From: an uncultured Hormoscilla sp.
Lineage (GTDB): Bacteria > Cyanobacteriota > Cyanobacteriia > Cyanobacteriales > Desertifilaceae
DNA length: 64,000 nt
Assembly: GCA_963921275.4 (NCBI GenBank)
Contig: OZ001293.3
Span: forward strand, 1,760,001-1,824,000
Direction of reading: 5' to 3'
The notes beneath the pieces were generated by a model. It did not search any database. It saw only the letters and a program-made list of their open reading frames with translations, and was not told where the DNA came from. Below are positions 30,101 through 44,723 of this stretch, one piece after another (within the stretch, counting starts at the first letter, position 1; every line of letters begins with the position of its first letter). A program made the position numbers and the translations under genes.

Positions 30101-33100
30101 TCGTCCAATACATCATAGCGAGTAGCTGGATTTGGCATATAATCTGGCCAGATGATCAACCCTACGTCAATGTCGTTAATTTCGTTAATCGACTCAGGCA
30201 AATATAATCCCGTGCCCGTGACTATTCGCAAACCGCCAACATTATCCAGCACATTAGCTGGTGCTTTTGCTGCCGACAGTTCCCAGAAATTATCTCGATC
30301 TGTTAATCTTCCGTCTGGTAACTCTTGTACCTGAGACTTCCGGATCCGGTCTTTATCCGAGTTCGAACCATCCGGTTCAACCATTTTTTCGTTCCTCCGC
30401 CATCTCTGACTACCTGCTCGTAGCTCGCCGCGTCAACAAACTCGTTACTATCCGGGTCATATATCTTCCTTGGCAGGTTATTTCCCACCAGAACCCGATC
30501 TCCCACTCGTTCTTCTCTGTCTTGCAGCCGATCGGGGTCTGTCGCTGGCGGTCGATCTAGTTTTTGTGTCAAATTTGTATATGATGTAGTATTGTCGTTC
30601 CGTTCAAAAGGATACATCCAATAATACGGCGGGCGCAGGGGGTTTTGCCCCGTGCCATCATCCCCTTCCGTATACGCTGCAAAAAAACTATTCGCCTCTG
30701 TTTCATTCATGATGGTGATTGCGTCATCCGCACTGGTAGCAGGTAACGACCCCCCGCTAGTTGACAATGCCGACTCTCCATTGGGCACTTCCGCAAACGG
30801 CACCTGACGAGTGCGATCTCTAAAATAGTTTTCCAACTCTTCCTTGCGCACCTTGTAGCCATCCATCCCCGGGTTTTCTTTCAGCCTTTCTGCCACCGGA
30901 TTTCAAACTTCCTCGGGGTCTTTCTCCGTATCTGTTCTCTCGATCTTGTCCACCGAGTCGTTTCCTCTCCAGAGAGCAGCATTTACCATATAGTCGATCC
31001 GCTCGTTGAAAGCGAAGGTATTGTAGGACAGGTCCGCACCTCCTTCTTTGTCTACTGTCTTATTCGCTGCACCAAAGTCCTGCTCTGTTGCCGATGGATC
31101 CACTAGTCCAAATAGGTCTATATCTGCATTATTTGCATCAGTACTAGTATTGACTGCACCTGCGCCTATATTTCCGCCCACAATCACCTTACTCAGTCCC
31201 TCCTCGTAATAGCAAGAATCTCGACTGCTGACCAAAAACAGGCGCACGTCAGAATTGCTATTAACGTTCCCTATCAGCAAGTTACTGTTGGTCATCACCC
31301 CTCCATTCATATTTAACCCCGTATCTGAGAAGATAGCTAGGTCATCTCTGTAGACCAACGGGTTGTTGTTCAGGGGGATTCTACTCCGGTCTTGCTGATA
31401 CTCTAGAGCCGAAAAGCCCTTTCCGCCAGAGAACTTTTCATAATAGTTGTTATCGTCGTCGTTCAAGTCCGTTATATCTGTTATTGGCACGTTGGCCGCA
31501 TATACAAATATCGCCTTTTTAATCTGATTCCCCGATCTATACCAATCCGAGTTTCCTACAAATCTAGCGCTCTTCGCGACCGAACTCTCGCATCTTCTAC
31601 CACCCAGCTTAGAGTCATCACTTGGTAGCGTTCTCGCTTCCAGGGGGTTTCTTCGTCTTGTAAATTCGCCCTCGCCCTCCTCGCCTCTGAGCGGGCTGCG
31701 GAATAAGATCCCGTAGAGAGTAAATGTATCGAACTTTCCGTTATTATCTGTATCTACCGGAAACTTCCAGGCCGTGGTCACCGTTTCTCGATCTTCCAGA
31801 GCGCTTTGATCCGTATCTGCCTCTCCGATACCTTCTTTACCATCAACATCAAAAACCAGCTTCAGGGGCGTCTCATCTCCGAAGATATACCTTTTATTTT
31901 CCATTGCTTTGAGCAGATCTTCATCCGTGGGAGTTCCCCGTGGCAGGGTGGAGTCCTTGAACAACTCCTCTATTTTTGCCCTGGCCCTGTCTAGCGCTGG
32001 TGCCGCCGCATTCAATGTCGCCTCATTCACTCTAAAATTATGTGCGTTCTTAGAGCGGTCAAAAGAGCGTAGCACCATTGCCGTCGTCAGTAGCACCACC
32101 ACCAATGACACCATTGTCATTGTCGGCAATACAAAGCCTCTCGTTGCCTGGCCCCGCCTACCTCTCCTTTTCAGTGGATGGGGTCGAGCCGGGAATCGCT
32201 TCCCGACCCTCCCTTGAGGAACCGGACTTGCGATTTTCACCGCATCCGGCTACTGGGTACTAGGCCCTTTTCATAGGTAGACTTAATAGGAATTACTTCC
32301 GTTAGCCCTTGCCGCCTGTCTTTTCTTCCTTTCCTGGTTTAGCAAGTGGTTGTTCTGATAACCGTTAGTATCACCATTTTCAAGTCAGTTTTACCAGTTA
32401 TCCATACCTTATCCTCCACTTGCGTTTCGGATTAGTTCCGTGGCTTTTTAGGATTACTCATTCCAGCAGCTTCCTAGTATCACCGACCCACGTCAGCGCT
32501 GGCTACCCAGCATCATCTACATTACTGTAGATGTTATCCCAGGAATTACCCCGGGCATTCGCTTCTTGGGCCATCCCTCCCCCCGTGGCTTGCGCTTAAC
32601 ATCTAACTTGTCCTGATGGACAGCACACGAGAGGTTACTTCGTTCCCTAACAACATTTCGCGATACCTTTAGGTCCACACTATACCCCGGGAGCTATTTG
32701 AGTACTATATTAGCCAGAGTCTAAAACTAATACTAGCTACCATTTCCTTTTTAGGCCAGCGCATATAGCCTTATTTCGCTGGTTCCTTATAACGAGGCTT
32801 GCACATGTTTGCCTGCTCTAACCTTGGATATCTTTCCTAGCGGCGTCACCGGCTTAGGCTGCCAGTTATCCTACATTTGAGTCCTCGCTTAGCACCACGA
32901 TGATGTCGCTTCGTAGCACCGAGGACCGGTGTCACCCCCGTACCTGGGGGGAGGGGAATTTAACCCCTATGCGGTCAGAGTTCCCGGCTAATGAAACCGG
33001 GCTAGCGTTCCGTGTTTGACCACGTTAGGCTAGAACGAATCGCACAGACTCCGCCGCAGGTTACCCGCCAACTTTTTGGTCATTTTTTTAGTCAACCTAC

Positions 33101-33239
33101 TCAACCGCCGCCACAGCCGAGACAATATGACTTGGACTTTCCCGATTTTTCCGGAACGGTGCATCTTGCCCATGTACCTAGTAGCTTTCCCGAGCGCGTA
33201 GCGTGCGCGCAGCGCAATCTTCCGCTGGATATATGCCAT
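27110..33239 (-). pseudogene. hpsA: Hormogonium polysaccharide biosynthesis protein HpsA, disrupted
   Basis: GFVLPTMTMVSLVVVLLTTAMVLRSFDRSKNA signature; intron at 32176-33045, in-frame TGA at 30903-30905, frameshifts near 30385 and 28600. Confidence 0.8.
32176..33045 (-). mobile_element. ORF-less group II intron (870 nt), sense within hpsA
   Basis: GTGCGATTCGTTC start, DV and DVI present; removal restores ..NLRRSL|LKRRGRRGQATRGFVLPT. Confidence 0.93.
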
Positions 33240-33491
33240 AATTCCTTATCCTTGCCACTGCCGCAATTATGATTCCCTAAGAAAAGACATAAGCCGCTTG
33301 TCGGTAGATTTTTCCCATCTTTCTACCGGCCAATGTACCACTCCCCTGCTGTATCAACAAGGTTCTGTCTCTTCTATTTTACCCTGGGAGGGCGGAAAAC
33401 CGATTGTCAGCCCATCGATTTTCCCGATTTTTCCGGAACGGTGTTCGCACCACGCAGGTCTCTTTCCACGAGGCAAGCCCTGCCCGAGAGC

Positions 33492-33728
33492 TTAATATTG
33501 ATTCAGATTAATTCCTGCTTCGGAAGCCATCGCCTGCAAGCCTTTGCGTTCCAAGGTTTTAATTGTCTTAGTAGAAAGCCGCAGCCTCACCCAGCGATTT
33601 CCTTCGGGCCACCAAACCCGCTTCCATTGCAAATTAGGCTGCTGTCGCTTTTTTGTGCGCTGGTGAGAGTGGGAAATAGCATAGGCATTATTTGCCTTCT
33701 TACCCGTCAGCTGACATCTGCGCGACAT
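33492..33728 (-). CDS. rpmB: 50S ribosomal protein L28
   Basis: [34 protein letters not shown]. Confidence 0.97.
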   Translation of the reverse strand: MSRRCQLTGKKANNAYAISHSHQRTKKRQQPNLQWKRVWWPEGNRWVRLRLSTKTIKTLERKGLQAMASEAGINLNQY

Positions 33729-33943
33729 AAAACACCTCCAGTAGGCTGATACCACCTGTAATAATTTTACTAACCTCCATTATAGACCAATTTTTTTCAT
33801 GGGTCTGTTCTGCTGATAACCGATTTTTCCGGAACGGTTCGCTGATACTAGAGCATCGGTCAAGTAGAAGCTAGAAACCGGGTTTCTGCTGTAGTTATCA
33901 ATGACTGCGAGAAACCCGGTTTCTTGACCGACGTTCTAGGAGC

Positions 33944-35941
33944 TTATTTAGTCGCTTGCTCTGTCAAGCGCGTCAGCACTTGATTCGATCGTTCCACGAA
34001 AGCCTTCATCCCATCAGCGTCGAAGCCTTTTTGGGCCATCAGGGCCAGGTCATAGACATGATGGCAAATTAAATTAGCCAGTTCCGCAGAGGGAGATGTG
34101 CCTTCGCCGCCAATGATGCTACCTTGAGATAGAGTGGCCAAATTCTGGATCAGGGGATGAGCTGTATTTACCAGTAAGGTATGGTCTTCGGGGAATTTAG
34201 CAGTTTGTTGCTGCATCAAGGCATTCATCTCCTGCATCCGCCGCAGAAACTCGGGCAAGAGTACCATTGCTGGGGGAGAATCTTGGGGGTTGTCCGATTT
34301 CAGCGCTTCGGTGCGGATGGTGAGTTTCGACTTATTCAGGGCTTTTTTGAACAGTTCTTGGATCTGTTCGCTGCGGGTTTGATTGGTTTTCGGATCGACT
34401 ATTTCCGAAGCCTTCTCTTTGTCCAGCAGGTTTTCGTCGATCTCGGCGTCTACCCGGGAGAACTTCACGTCTGTGTGTTCCCGTTCTAGGAAGCTGATAA
34501 AGTGGGAGTCGATGAAGGAGTCCATATACAGGACTTCCAAGCCCTGATTCTTATGCAGTTGGATGTAGGTCGTCTGGGTAATTTCGTCGGTGCAGTAGAA
34601 GACGCGGTTCTCGTGATGTTCTTTGTTGCGCTCCAGGTATTCCTTCAGGGTAGTGTAAGTATTACCCTTGTCATCGGTGTTGGCCGGACCGACTTCTTGC
34701 CAAGCATCTCCCTCTTCTGCTTGCACTTGCACTTCAGTTGGTGGCTGTTGCACCGTTCCGGAAAAATCGGCTTTGCCATCCCAGGTGGTACGATAGATGA
34801 CGATCTCTTCCACTTGCTGTTTGAACTTCTCGTCGTTCAGGCAGCCAAACTTGACAAAGGTACCCAAGTCCTTCCAGCTTTTGATGTATTCAGCACGCTT
34901 GTCCCGGTATTGCTCTTTCAGGCGATCGCCCACTTTTTTAGCAATGAAGTCAGAGATGCGGCGGACGGTGCGGTCCATCTGCAAGGCGCTGCGGGAGACA
35001 TTCAGGGGGATATCCGGGCTATCGATCGCTCCGCGCATGGGTAGCAGGAATTTAGGAATCACCTCCTCGCAATGTTCCGTGACGAACACCTGATTGCAGA
35101 ATAGCTTAATCTGTCCCTTGGTGACATCCACATCTGGTCGCAGCTTAGGAAAATAAAGAATCCCATTCAGCAGGAAAGGATAGTCTGTATTCAGATGGAT
35201 CCACAGCAGGGGTTCTTCGGTGAAGGGGTACAGATAGCGGTAAAATTCCAGATATTCTTCATCTTTCAGGTCCCTGGGGGACGTCCGCCACAGGGCCTGT
35301 TGCTTGTTAACCTGCTCGCCATCCATCATAATCTGCACGGGCATAAAATCGCAGTAGGTCTTAACTAACTGCTTGATGCGTGCCAGTTCCAGATATTCTT
35401 TTTCTTCCTCGGGAAGAGTGAGGGTAACGGTGGTGCCGCGAGTGGTGCGGGATGACTCTTCTAGCTTAAACTCTGGCGAACCATCACAGCTCCAGTGGAC
35501 CGCCTGGGCCCCTTCTTGGTAAGATAGGGTATCAATTTCCACCTGTTTGGCTACCATGAAAGAGGAGTAAAAGCCCAGTCCAAAGTGACCGATAATGGCA
35601 TCATCGGCATTGCCCTGGTATTTCTCGATGAACTCTTCAGCGCTAGAGAAGGCAACTTGGTTGATGTATTTTTTCACCTCCTCTGCTGTCATGCCAATGC
35701 CATTATCGGAGATGGAGAGGGTCTTGTTGTCCTTATCAATGCTAATCTGGATTTCGGGAGTCCCAATATCGCCAGTGAAGTCATCGCTATGGGAGACCAT
35801 TTTCAGCTTGGCGATCGCATCTACTCCGTTGGAAATCAGTTCTCTGAGGAATATTTCATGATCCGAGTAAAGAGACTTCTTGATGATCGGGAATATATTC
35901 TCGGTGTGAATGCTGATTGTGCCTTGTTCTAGTACCGTCAT
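33944..35941 (-). CDS. htpG: Chaperone HtpG (Hsp90)
   Basis: FLRELISNGVDA, DNGIGM, IGHFGLGFYS, DIPLNVSRS. Confidence 0.97.
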   Translation of the reverse strand: MTVLEQGTISIHTENIFPIIKKSLYSDHEIFLRELISNGVDAIAKLKMVSHSDDFTGDIGTPEIQISIDKDNKTLSISDNGIGMTAEEVKKYINQVAFSSAEEFIEKYQGNADDAIIGHFGLGFYSSFMVAKQVEIDTLSYQEGAQAVHWSCDGSPEFKLEESSRTTRGTTVTLTLPEEEKEYLELARIKQLVKTYCDFMPVQIMMDGEQVNKQQALWRTSPRDLKDEEYLEFYRYLYPFTEEPLLWIHLNTDYPFLLNGILYFPKLRPDVDVTKGQIKLFCNQVFVTEHCEEVIPKFLLPMRGAIDSPDIPLNVSRSALQMDRTVRRISDFIAKKVGDRLKEQYRDKRAEYIKSWKDLGTFVKFGCLNDEKFKQQVEEIVIYRTTWDGKADFSGTVQQPPTEVQVQAEEGDAWQEVGPANTDDKGNTYTTLKEYLERNKEHHENRVFYCTDEITQTTYIQLHKNQGLEVLYMDSFIDSHFISFLEREHTDVKFSRVDAEIDENLLDKEKASEIVDPKTNQTRSEQIQELFKKALNKSKLTIRTEALKSDNPQDSPPAMVLLPEFLRRMQEMNALMQQQTAKFPEDHTLLVNTAHPLIQNLATLSQGSIIGGEGTSPSAELANLICHHVYDLALMAQKGFDADGMKAFVERSNQVLTRLTEQATK

Positions 35942-36186
35942 AGGTCTGTGTTATTTTTTTGGAGCTTCAAAGAGCGATTGTGAAATATGGACTGCCTTTT
36001 GGCATCAGGGATTGCCGTCTGAGCTGTATTCGGCTTTCCCCACTTCTCTGTATCTGTTATCTGCGAGTGGTCCCCTGATGCTACCTTCTTTGATTTCGTT
36101 AGATAATGGCTCCATGCTATTATATCAGGTTAGGTGGCTTGTGTTGTGGGAGTGGGTCGTGTCCAGAGACACCACCCATTGCATCT

Positions 36187-38865
36187 TCATTCTTTTGATG
36201 CAATGGGGTGGTGCTCTCGGACAACACGACGGTGCGCCTCGTGTCGAGATTCTAAAACCTTGACTGGCTGTTTTTTACTGAAGCTCAAAGAGTTATCTAC
36301 AGAATCTATGATAATCCGATCGCCCTCGACAAAGGTATTTTCCAGTATCAAGGCGGCGATCGCATTTTCCAGTTCCCGCTGAATTGCCCGTTTCAGGGGG
36401 CGGGCCCCATATACTGGATCGTAACCCGCCTCTACCAAATGGTCAATAGCAGCATCGGTCAGTTCCAGAGTTATTTTTTGTTCTGCTAGCAGCCTTTCCA
36501 GCCGCCTGATTTGTATGCCCACGATTTGCCGTAACTCAGCTTTATCCAGGGCATGGAAGAGAATTATATCATCAACGCGGTTGAGAAACTCTGGGCGGAA
36601 CTGCTTGCGCAGGGCCTGTAACACCCGTTTGCGCATCTCCTCGTATTGGGTGTCGTCCCCCGCCACATCCAGTATGTGGTCGCTGCCGATATTACTGGTC
36701 ATGACTATCACTGTATTCCGGAAATCTACCGTGCGTCCTTGGGAATCGGTAATCCGTCCGTCATCCAACACTTGCAGCAAGATATTGAACACATCTGGGT
36801 GGGCTTTTTCCACCTCATCCAGCAGCACTACGGCATAGGGTCGCCTGCGCACCGTCTCGCTTAGCTGTCCTCCCTCTTCATAACCTACATATCCTGGAGG
36901 CGCACCCACCAGCCGCGCCACGGAATGCTTCTCCATATACTCGGACATGTCGATCCGTACTATAGCATCATCGCTATCAAACAAGCATTCTGCTAAGGTC
37001 TGGGCCAGTTCCGTTTTCCCTACTCCCGTCGGTCCCATAAACAAAAATGAACCGATCGGGCGTTGGGGGTCTTTCATCCCAGCCCGGGCCCGACGAATTG
37101 CTGCTGATACCGCTGCTACTGCTTCATTTTGCCCTACCACCCGCTTGTGCAGATAGGTTTCCAACTGCAACAACTTTTGCCGTTCTGATTCTAGCAGCCT
37201 GTTGACCGGTATCCCCGTCCATTTCGCCACCAATTCTGCCACATCTGCTTCCGTCACCTGTTCCCGCAGTAGGGCCGAACCGCCGGACTGCATGTCCAAT
37301 AATTGGGCTTCCTTCGCCTCCCGATCGCCCTCTATCTTTTGCAGGCGTCCGTACTTCAACTGGGCCGCCTTATTCAGATCGTAGGCCCGTTCTGCCTGTT
37401 CTATTTGCACCCGCAGCTTATCTTCCTCTTCCTTGAGGGTCTTGATCGCCTCCAACAGTTGCTTCTCTCCTTGCCACTGGTCGTTCAACTGTTGCTGGCG
37501 GGACTGCAAACTGCTAATTTCTTGCTCGATCCGGCGCGATCGTTCCTGGGCCTCCCGCTGCACTTCTGCTTCCAGGGACAACTTTTCCATTTCCAACTGC
37601 ATGATCCGGCGATCGATGGTTTCCAGTTCCTCTGGTTTGGAAGTGATCTCCATCTTCAGCTTCGCCGCTGCTTCATCTACCAGGTCGATCGCCTTATCGG
37701 GCAAAAATCTGTCTGTGATGTAACGACTGGACAGCATCGCTGCCGCTACCAGGGCTGAGTCAGTAATTTTCACCCCGTGATGGACTTCATAGCGTTCCTT
37801 CAGTCCCCGCAAGATAGAAATAGTATCCTCTACCCCGGGCTGATTGACAAACACCTGTTGAAACCGGCGTTCCAGGGCCGCATCTTTTTCGATATATTTG
37901 CGGTACTCGTCCAGGGTTGTGGCCCCGATGCAGCGCAGTTCCCCCCGTGCCAGCATCGGTTTCAGCAGGTTACTGGCGTCCATGGCACTGGACTGTCCCG
38001 CACCGGTTCCTACCACCGTATGCAGTTCGTCGATAAACAGCACGATCTGACCGTCCGAGTGGGTGACTTCCCGCAATACTGCTTTCAGCCTGTCTTCAAA
38101 CTCTCCCCGGTATTTAGCACCAGCAATTAGAGACCCCATATCTAGGCCAATTAACTGGCGGTTTTTCAGAGATTCCGGTACTTCGTTATTAATTATCCGC
38201 TGGGCCAGGGCTTCCGCGATCGCCGTTTTGCCCACCCCCGGTTCTCCGATCAGGACCGGGTTATTTTTCGATCGGCGGGACAATACCTGAATCAGGCGGC
38301 GAATTTCTTCATCTCGGCCAATCACCGGATCCAGCTTACCGGTGCGAGCCTGTTCTGTCAAGTCCCGTCCGTACTTTTCCAGGGCGGCATAGCGATTTTC
38401 TGGACTTTGGTCCGTTACCTTCTGACTGCCCCGCAGGTCCTTGATCGCCCCTTCCAACTGGGTGCGGGTACACTGAAAACCTCTGATTAACCGGCGACCT
38501 ACGCGCTCATCTTCAGCAAAGGCTAGCAGCAGGTGTTCGACCGAAATATACTCGTCTTGCCATGACATCCGCGCCTTTTCTGCCTGGTCCAGCATCACGT
38601 CCAAGCCCCGTCCCAGGTATAATTGCTCTACATCTGGGGATTTTTTTTGCCGGGAGTCAAACAGTTCTAGCTGTTGAAATAGCTTCACTGGGTCTACGCC
38701 AGCTTTGGACAGGATCGTCTTGGCAATGCCGTCCTGTTCTAACATGGCGATCGCCACATGTTCCACCTCCAACTGCTGATGTTTTCCGCGACGGGCCACA
38801 TCCTGGGAGTTGACGATCGCTTCCCAAGCTTTATCTGTAAATTTACTGGAGTCTGTCGGCTGCAT
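36187..38865 (-). CDS. clpB: ATP-dependent disaggregase ClpB
   Basis: Two AAA+ modules ([16 protein letters not shown]) and a coiled-coil middle domain. Confidence 0.97.
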   Translation of the reverse strand: MQPTDSSKFTDKAWEAIVNSQDVARRGKHQQLEVEHVAIAMLEQDGIAKTILSKAGVDPVKLFQQLELFDSRQKKSPDVEQLYLGRGLDVMLDQAEKARMSWQDEYISVEHLLLAFAEDERVGRRLIRGFQCTRTQLEGAIKDLRGSQKVTDQSPENRYAALEKYGRDLTEQARTGKLDPVIGRDEEIRRLIQVLSRRSKNNPVLIGEPGVGKTAIAEALAQRIINNEVPESLKNRQLIGLDMGSLIAGAKYRGEFEDRLKAVLREVTHSDGQIVLFIDELHTVVGTGAGQSSAMDASNLLKPMLARGELRCIGATTLDEYRKYIEKDAALERRFQQVFVNQPGVEDTISILRGLKERYEVHHGVKITDSALVAAAMLSSRYITDRFLPDKAIDLVDEAAAKLKMEITSKPEELETIDRRIMQLEMEKLSLEAEVQREAQERSRRIEQEISSLQSRQQQLNDQWQGEKQLLEAIKTLKEEEDKLRVQIEQAERAYDLNKAAQLKYGRLQKIEGDREAKEAQLLDMQSGGSALLREQVTEADVAELVAKWTGIPVNRLLESERQKLLQLETYLHKRVVGQNEAVAAVSAAIRRARAGMKDPQRPIGSFLFMGPTGVGKTELAQTLAECLFDSDDAIVRIDMSEYMEKHSVARLVGAPPGYVGYEEGGQLSETVRRRPYAVVLLDEVEKAHPDVFNILLQVLDDGRITDSQGRTVDFRNTVIVMTSNIGSDHILDVAGDDTQYEEMRKRVLQALRKQFRPEFLNRVDDIILFHALDKAELRQIVGIQIRRLERLLAEQKITLELTDAAIDHLVEAGYDPVYGARPLKRAIQRELENAIAALILENTFVEGDRIIIDSVDNSLSFSKKQPVKVLESRHEAHRRVVREHHPIASKE

Positions 38866-38922
38866 GGCTGGAACTGTGATGCTATTAGCTATATCTTATG
38901 CTTCCCAGGGAAGGGGGGTACT

Positions 38923-39354
38923 TCAGCTAGAAGCCATTGCTGGAGTTGCTTGCTGCTGAGATGAACCTTGAGTACCCAACTGAATGAGTTCGATCTTATA
39001 TCCATTCGGGTCTTGGACGAAAGCAATCACCGTCGAACCATGCTTCATGGGACCCGGTTCCCGTACCACCTTACCACCACGAGCTTTAATCGTCTCGCAA
39101 GTGCCATAAATATCATCCACGCCAATGGCGATATGACCGTAACCATCCCCCAGGTCATACTTATCAGTATCCCAGTTATAGGTTAGCTCCAGCACCGTAT
39201 GGTCGGACTCGTCGCCATAACCAAGAAAGGCCAGAGTAAACTTGCCACCGGGATAGTCCTTCTGGCGTAGCAGCTTCATCCCCAGCACCTCGCAGTAGAA
39301 CTTGAGAGACTCTTCCAAGTTGCCCACCCGCAGCATCGTATGTAATAGTCGCAT
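38923..39354 (-). CDS. gloA: Lactoylglutathione lyase (glyoxalase I)
   Basis: [41 protein letters not shown]; true start is 39354, not 39843. Confidence 0.95.
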   Translation of the reverse strand: MRLLHTMLRVGNLEESLKFYCEVLGMKLLRQKDYPGGKFTLAFLGYGDESDHTVLELTYNWDTDKYDLGDGYGHIAIGVDDIYGTCETIKARGGKVVREPGPMKHGSTVIAFVQDPNGYKIELIQLGTQGSSQQQATPAMASS

Positions 39355-39445
39355 GCTCAATCCCAAATAAATTCCAAACATCAGCCAAGAGTTGTCCTGA
39401 TGACGTATTCTAACAAGCGACGGTCGGTCTGATGAGATAAGATAA

Positions 39446-41634
<2,189 letters not shown>

Positions 41635-41719
41635 TAATTGTAGGGTGGGCATTGCCCACCTTCTGCGACCAGTAGTTGGCATTAACTTGAATTCACAGTA
41701 CAATAGTATTGTATTGATT

Positions 41720-42363
41720 ATGAGCAACTTCCCCGATCCCAATTTAATTAGCGCCATGTCACTGGACTTGCACCTGATAAAGGCGACTTAACGAAAGCTG
41801 GACGGGCTTTTGAGAAACACGCACAACGCGCTTCTCAAATTTGGGGCAGTTTGCAGGGAGATGTTCAGATGAAAAATCAAACAGGTCAGGGTATTCTTGA
41901 GGAAATTATTAACTCACCAGATACTGAGTGGTCTCAGAGGCATCACGCTATGTTGAAGAAAAAAATCATTGAAGGCAAGCTGCCAGATGGACGAGGGGCT
42001 AGATGGTCAGCAAACGGGAATAAATTTATCGGTTTTCTCTCACCAGAAATTTATAGGAGTAATAGGAAAATGCTGAGTGATATCCAATTAGCTGTGAATG
42101 ATAAAGCAGCTAGTAAACATAAGGAAACTAGATTAGAGTTTGTGGTAACAAATGACCCAGAACTAGATTTCGATCTTGTTCAAGAAGTATGGCTTGCCGA
42201 TCGGCTAATTGCTGTTCTTCGGCAAGTGGAGGGAGATTGGCAAGTCACGTTTATTCCCGATGGTGATTTTTGTCAACTTTATTGGCAAGATTTGATGGAA
42301 ATAAGACAAGCTTTCTCAATATTTATCAGCGAAAGTAAGCAGGCGGGGGTTTTTACCCCATAA
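41720..42363 (+). pseudogene. Polymorphic-toxin C-terminal domain read through into a probable immunity gene
   Basis: PDKGDLTKAGRAFEKH...PDGRGARWSANGNKFIGFLSP resembles CdiA/Rhs toxin tips; frameshift near 41755; internal RBS+ATG near 42070. Confidence 0.5.
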
Positions 42364-42509
42364 TTTCATCATTGAGATGAGGAGTTAGAAGTTCATTTGC
42401 ACCCAGACAAGGCACTATTGCAAAAGTTTCCCCCTATTGTCTCTTGGTCAGTCCTACTATAAATGTCAATATCCGTTTGCTCGCATTATAAATATCGACT
42501 AATGATGCA

Positions 42510-42848
42510 TTATTCCTGTTCATATATAGTTTGAGCTGTTAATAATATTTCCCGCCGTCGGATCCAATTTTCACTAGCTTCGATAGAATCTTTAAGTGCA
42601 ATATCAATAGGGCGATTTAGCAGTGATTCTAGTTCGTGCTTGATTTTAGCAAAGGTTAATAAACCCTGCCGCACATTGGGGGCGAAGGTAATCAAGAAAT
42701 CAATATCACTATCTATCCGAAAATCAGATCGTAAAACTGACCCAAACAATGCCATATAAGTAATTCCCCACCGCTGGCAAAAAGTGGAAAAATAATTGAT
42801 GTCTATTCCCAGACGTTCTGGGATTTCGGGGTCTACCTTGGTCAACAT
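42510..42848 (-). CDS. Minimal nucleotidyltransferase (MntA-type antitoxin); downstream HEPN partner is truncated
   Basis: LFGSVLRSDFRIDSDIDFL. Confidence 0.85.
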   Translation of the reverse strand: MLTKVDPEIPERLGIDINYFSTFCQRWGITYMALFGSVLRSDFRIDSDIDFLITFAPNVRQGLLTFAKIKHELESLLNRPIDIALKDSIEASENWIRRREILLTAQTIYEQE

Positions 42849-42956
42849 GGTGAATTGGAAATAATTTTTGCACCGGTGGGCGGTGCCCACCCTACCGATG
42901 ATAACATTCCCTTAGATGTACCGGTGGGAGGTGCCCACCCGACACAAGTTAGAAGA

Positions 42957-43958
42957 TTAGAACTGCTGCAGGAAACGCAAGTCGCTGCTGTAAAAGCGGC
43001 GAATATCATCGATCTGATGCAGGATCATGGCGAAACGTTCGATGCCAAAGCCAGCAGCAAAGCCGGTGTAAACTTCCGGGTCGTATCCGACAGCTTTCAA
43101 GACATTGGGGTCAACCATGCCACAGCCCAGCACCTCCAACCAACGACCTTTCCATTCTACGTCTACTTCGGCACTGGGTTCGGTGAAGGGAAAGTAACTG
43201 GCACGGAAACGAATCTTGACTTCGCCAAACATCTGGTGAATAAATTCTGCGATCGTCCCTTTCAGGTCAGTAAAAGTCAGCCCTTCATCCACGGCCAACA
43301 GTTCCATTTGATGGAAGACCGCCGCATGGGTAGCGTCTACGGTATCTCGACGGTAGCAGCGACCGGGGGCCACGATCCGCACCGGTGGTTCGTTATCTTC
43401 CATGTAGCGAATTTGCACCGAGGAGGTATGGGTGCGCAGGAGATTCCCATCCGGTAGATAGAAGGTATCCTGCATGTCCCGGGCTGGGTGGTCCGGTGGG
43501 GTATTCAGGGCTTCAAAATTGTAGTAGTCCGTTTCCATTTCTGGTCCCACGGCGACGGTGTAACCCAACCCCACGAAGATATCGATCACTTGGTTGAAGG
43601 TGCTGTTGAGGGGGTGAATTCGACCTTGCCGGTGATATACTCCTGGCATAGTTACATCCAGAGTTTCCGCTTCCAACTGGGCTTGGATCTGTGCTTGTTG
43701 CAGGGCTTCCCGCTTACTGTCCAGTTGGCTTTGCAGGGCGGTTTTGACCTCGTTGGCCGCAGCACCAAGGCGGGGGCGATCGGCTGGGTCAAGTTTGCCC
43801 ATGCCACCCAGGATTTTCGATATCTGACCCTTTTTGCCCAGATAGCTGACTCTCAGTTCTTCTAGGCCCTCTAGGCTGTCAACAGAGGCGATCGCATCCG
43901 TTGCTGCTTGTCGGAGGCTTGCCAATTTTGTCTCAATCTCGCTCAGCTCAGTAGTCAT
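42957..43958 (-). CDS. pheS: Phenylalanine-tRNA ligase alpha subunit
   Basis: [38 protein letters not shown]. Confidence 0.98.
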   Translation of the reverse strand: MTTELSEIETKLASLRQAATDAIASVDSLEGLEELRVSYLGKKGQISKILGGMGKLDPADRPRLGAAANEVKTALQSQLDSKREALQQAQIQAQLEAETLDVTMPGVYHRQGRIHPLNSTFNQVIDIFVGLGYTVAVGPEMETDYYNFEALNTPPDHPARDMQDTFYLPDGNLLRTHTSSVQIRYMEDNEPPVRIVAPGRCYRRDTVDATHAAVFHQMELLAVDEGLTFTDLKGTIAEFIHQMFGEVKIRFRASYFPFTEPSAEVDVEWKGRWLEVLGCGMVDPNVLKAVGYDPEVYTGFAAGFGIERFAMILHQIDDIRRFYSSDLRFLQQF

Positions 43959-44093
43959 GCTGGGGGTGGAATAAGCTACGTTATGATTTATGCTGAGTTT
44001 AGCGCGATTTGCTCACCTTAGGGCCGATCGCCTATCCGATAGAATGAGAATGGTTGCCCAGCCCAATAGCTTTCCCATCGCTATAATCTGACC

Positions 44094-44498
44094 ATGACTA
44101 TAATTTCATCGCCAGAAATTGCCCGATATCGGTCTGCCTTGGCAGAATATCCCGAAGCCCTGGTAGCACTTGACGCGATCGAGGACTGTGAAGGACACTT
44201 AGAAGACGCAGTTATCTCCCTGGGAATTCAAGCCGAACTTCAACCAGACAGACTTGATTGGTTAGACGGGTTAGCCAAGAGATATCGCGTTACAATTTGT
44301 CAAGAGGAGGTGAAAGCAGATTTGTTAAATGGGAGGTTAGCCCAGGCAGTAGGACATTTAATCGAGACAGAAGTTTGTCCAGTCCTTTTGGCGACTCCTG
44401 TCCTGATCTATGTAGTGCAAACAGTTGACTTTTGTGCGCCTTTAGATTTGAAGCTATCAAGATTTAGCCCCACTCTCTGGAGCGGCAATCGTCGCTGA
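44094..44498 (+). CDS. Conserved cyanobacterial hypothetical protein
   Basis: ATG-started ORF, ALDAIEDCEGHLEDA. Confidence 0.55.
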   Translation: MTIISSPEIARYRSALAEYPEALVALDAIEDCEGHLEDAVISLGIQAELQPDRLDWLDGLAKRYRVTICQEEVKADLLNGRLAQAVGHLIETEVCPVLLATPVLIYVVQTVDFCAPLDLKLSRFSPTLWSGNRR

Positions 44499-44723
44499 TG
44501 GTGTTAACATTTTTTTATGTGGCATATTCAGCTGACCCATTGCCCTTGACAACCTGTAACGGTATAGAGGTTGTTTGCGAATATCTGCCTCTAATTCAGC
44601 AATTATGTAGTCAGCCACTACAATTAGAGCATCCCAGCGTTGGTTTATTTCGTCCATTTTGGCTGCTCTTTGCTTAACTTTTTCTAAGCTAGGTGGTGGT
44701 TGATGAGTCATGATAGAGTCCAA
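44457..44723 (-). CDS. Hypothetical protein, coupled to the upstream ORF
   Basis: Start overlaps the end of 44708-45010. Confidence 0.5.
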   Translation of the reverse strand: MDSIMTHQPPPSLEKVKQRAAKMDEINQRWDALIVVADYIIAELEADIRKQPLYRYRLSRAMGQLNMPHKKMLTPSATIAAPESGAKS

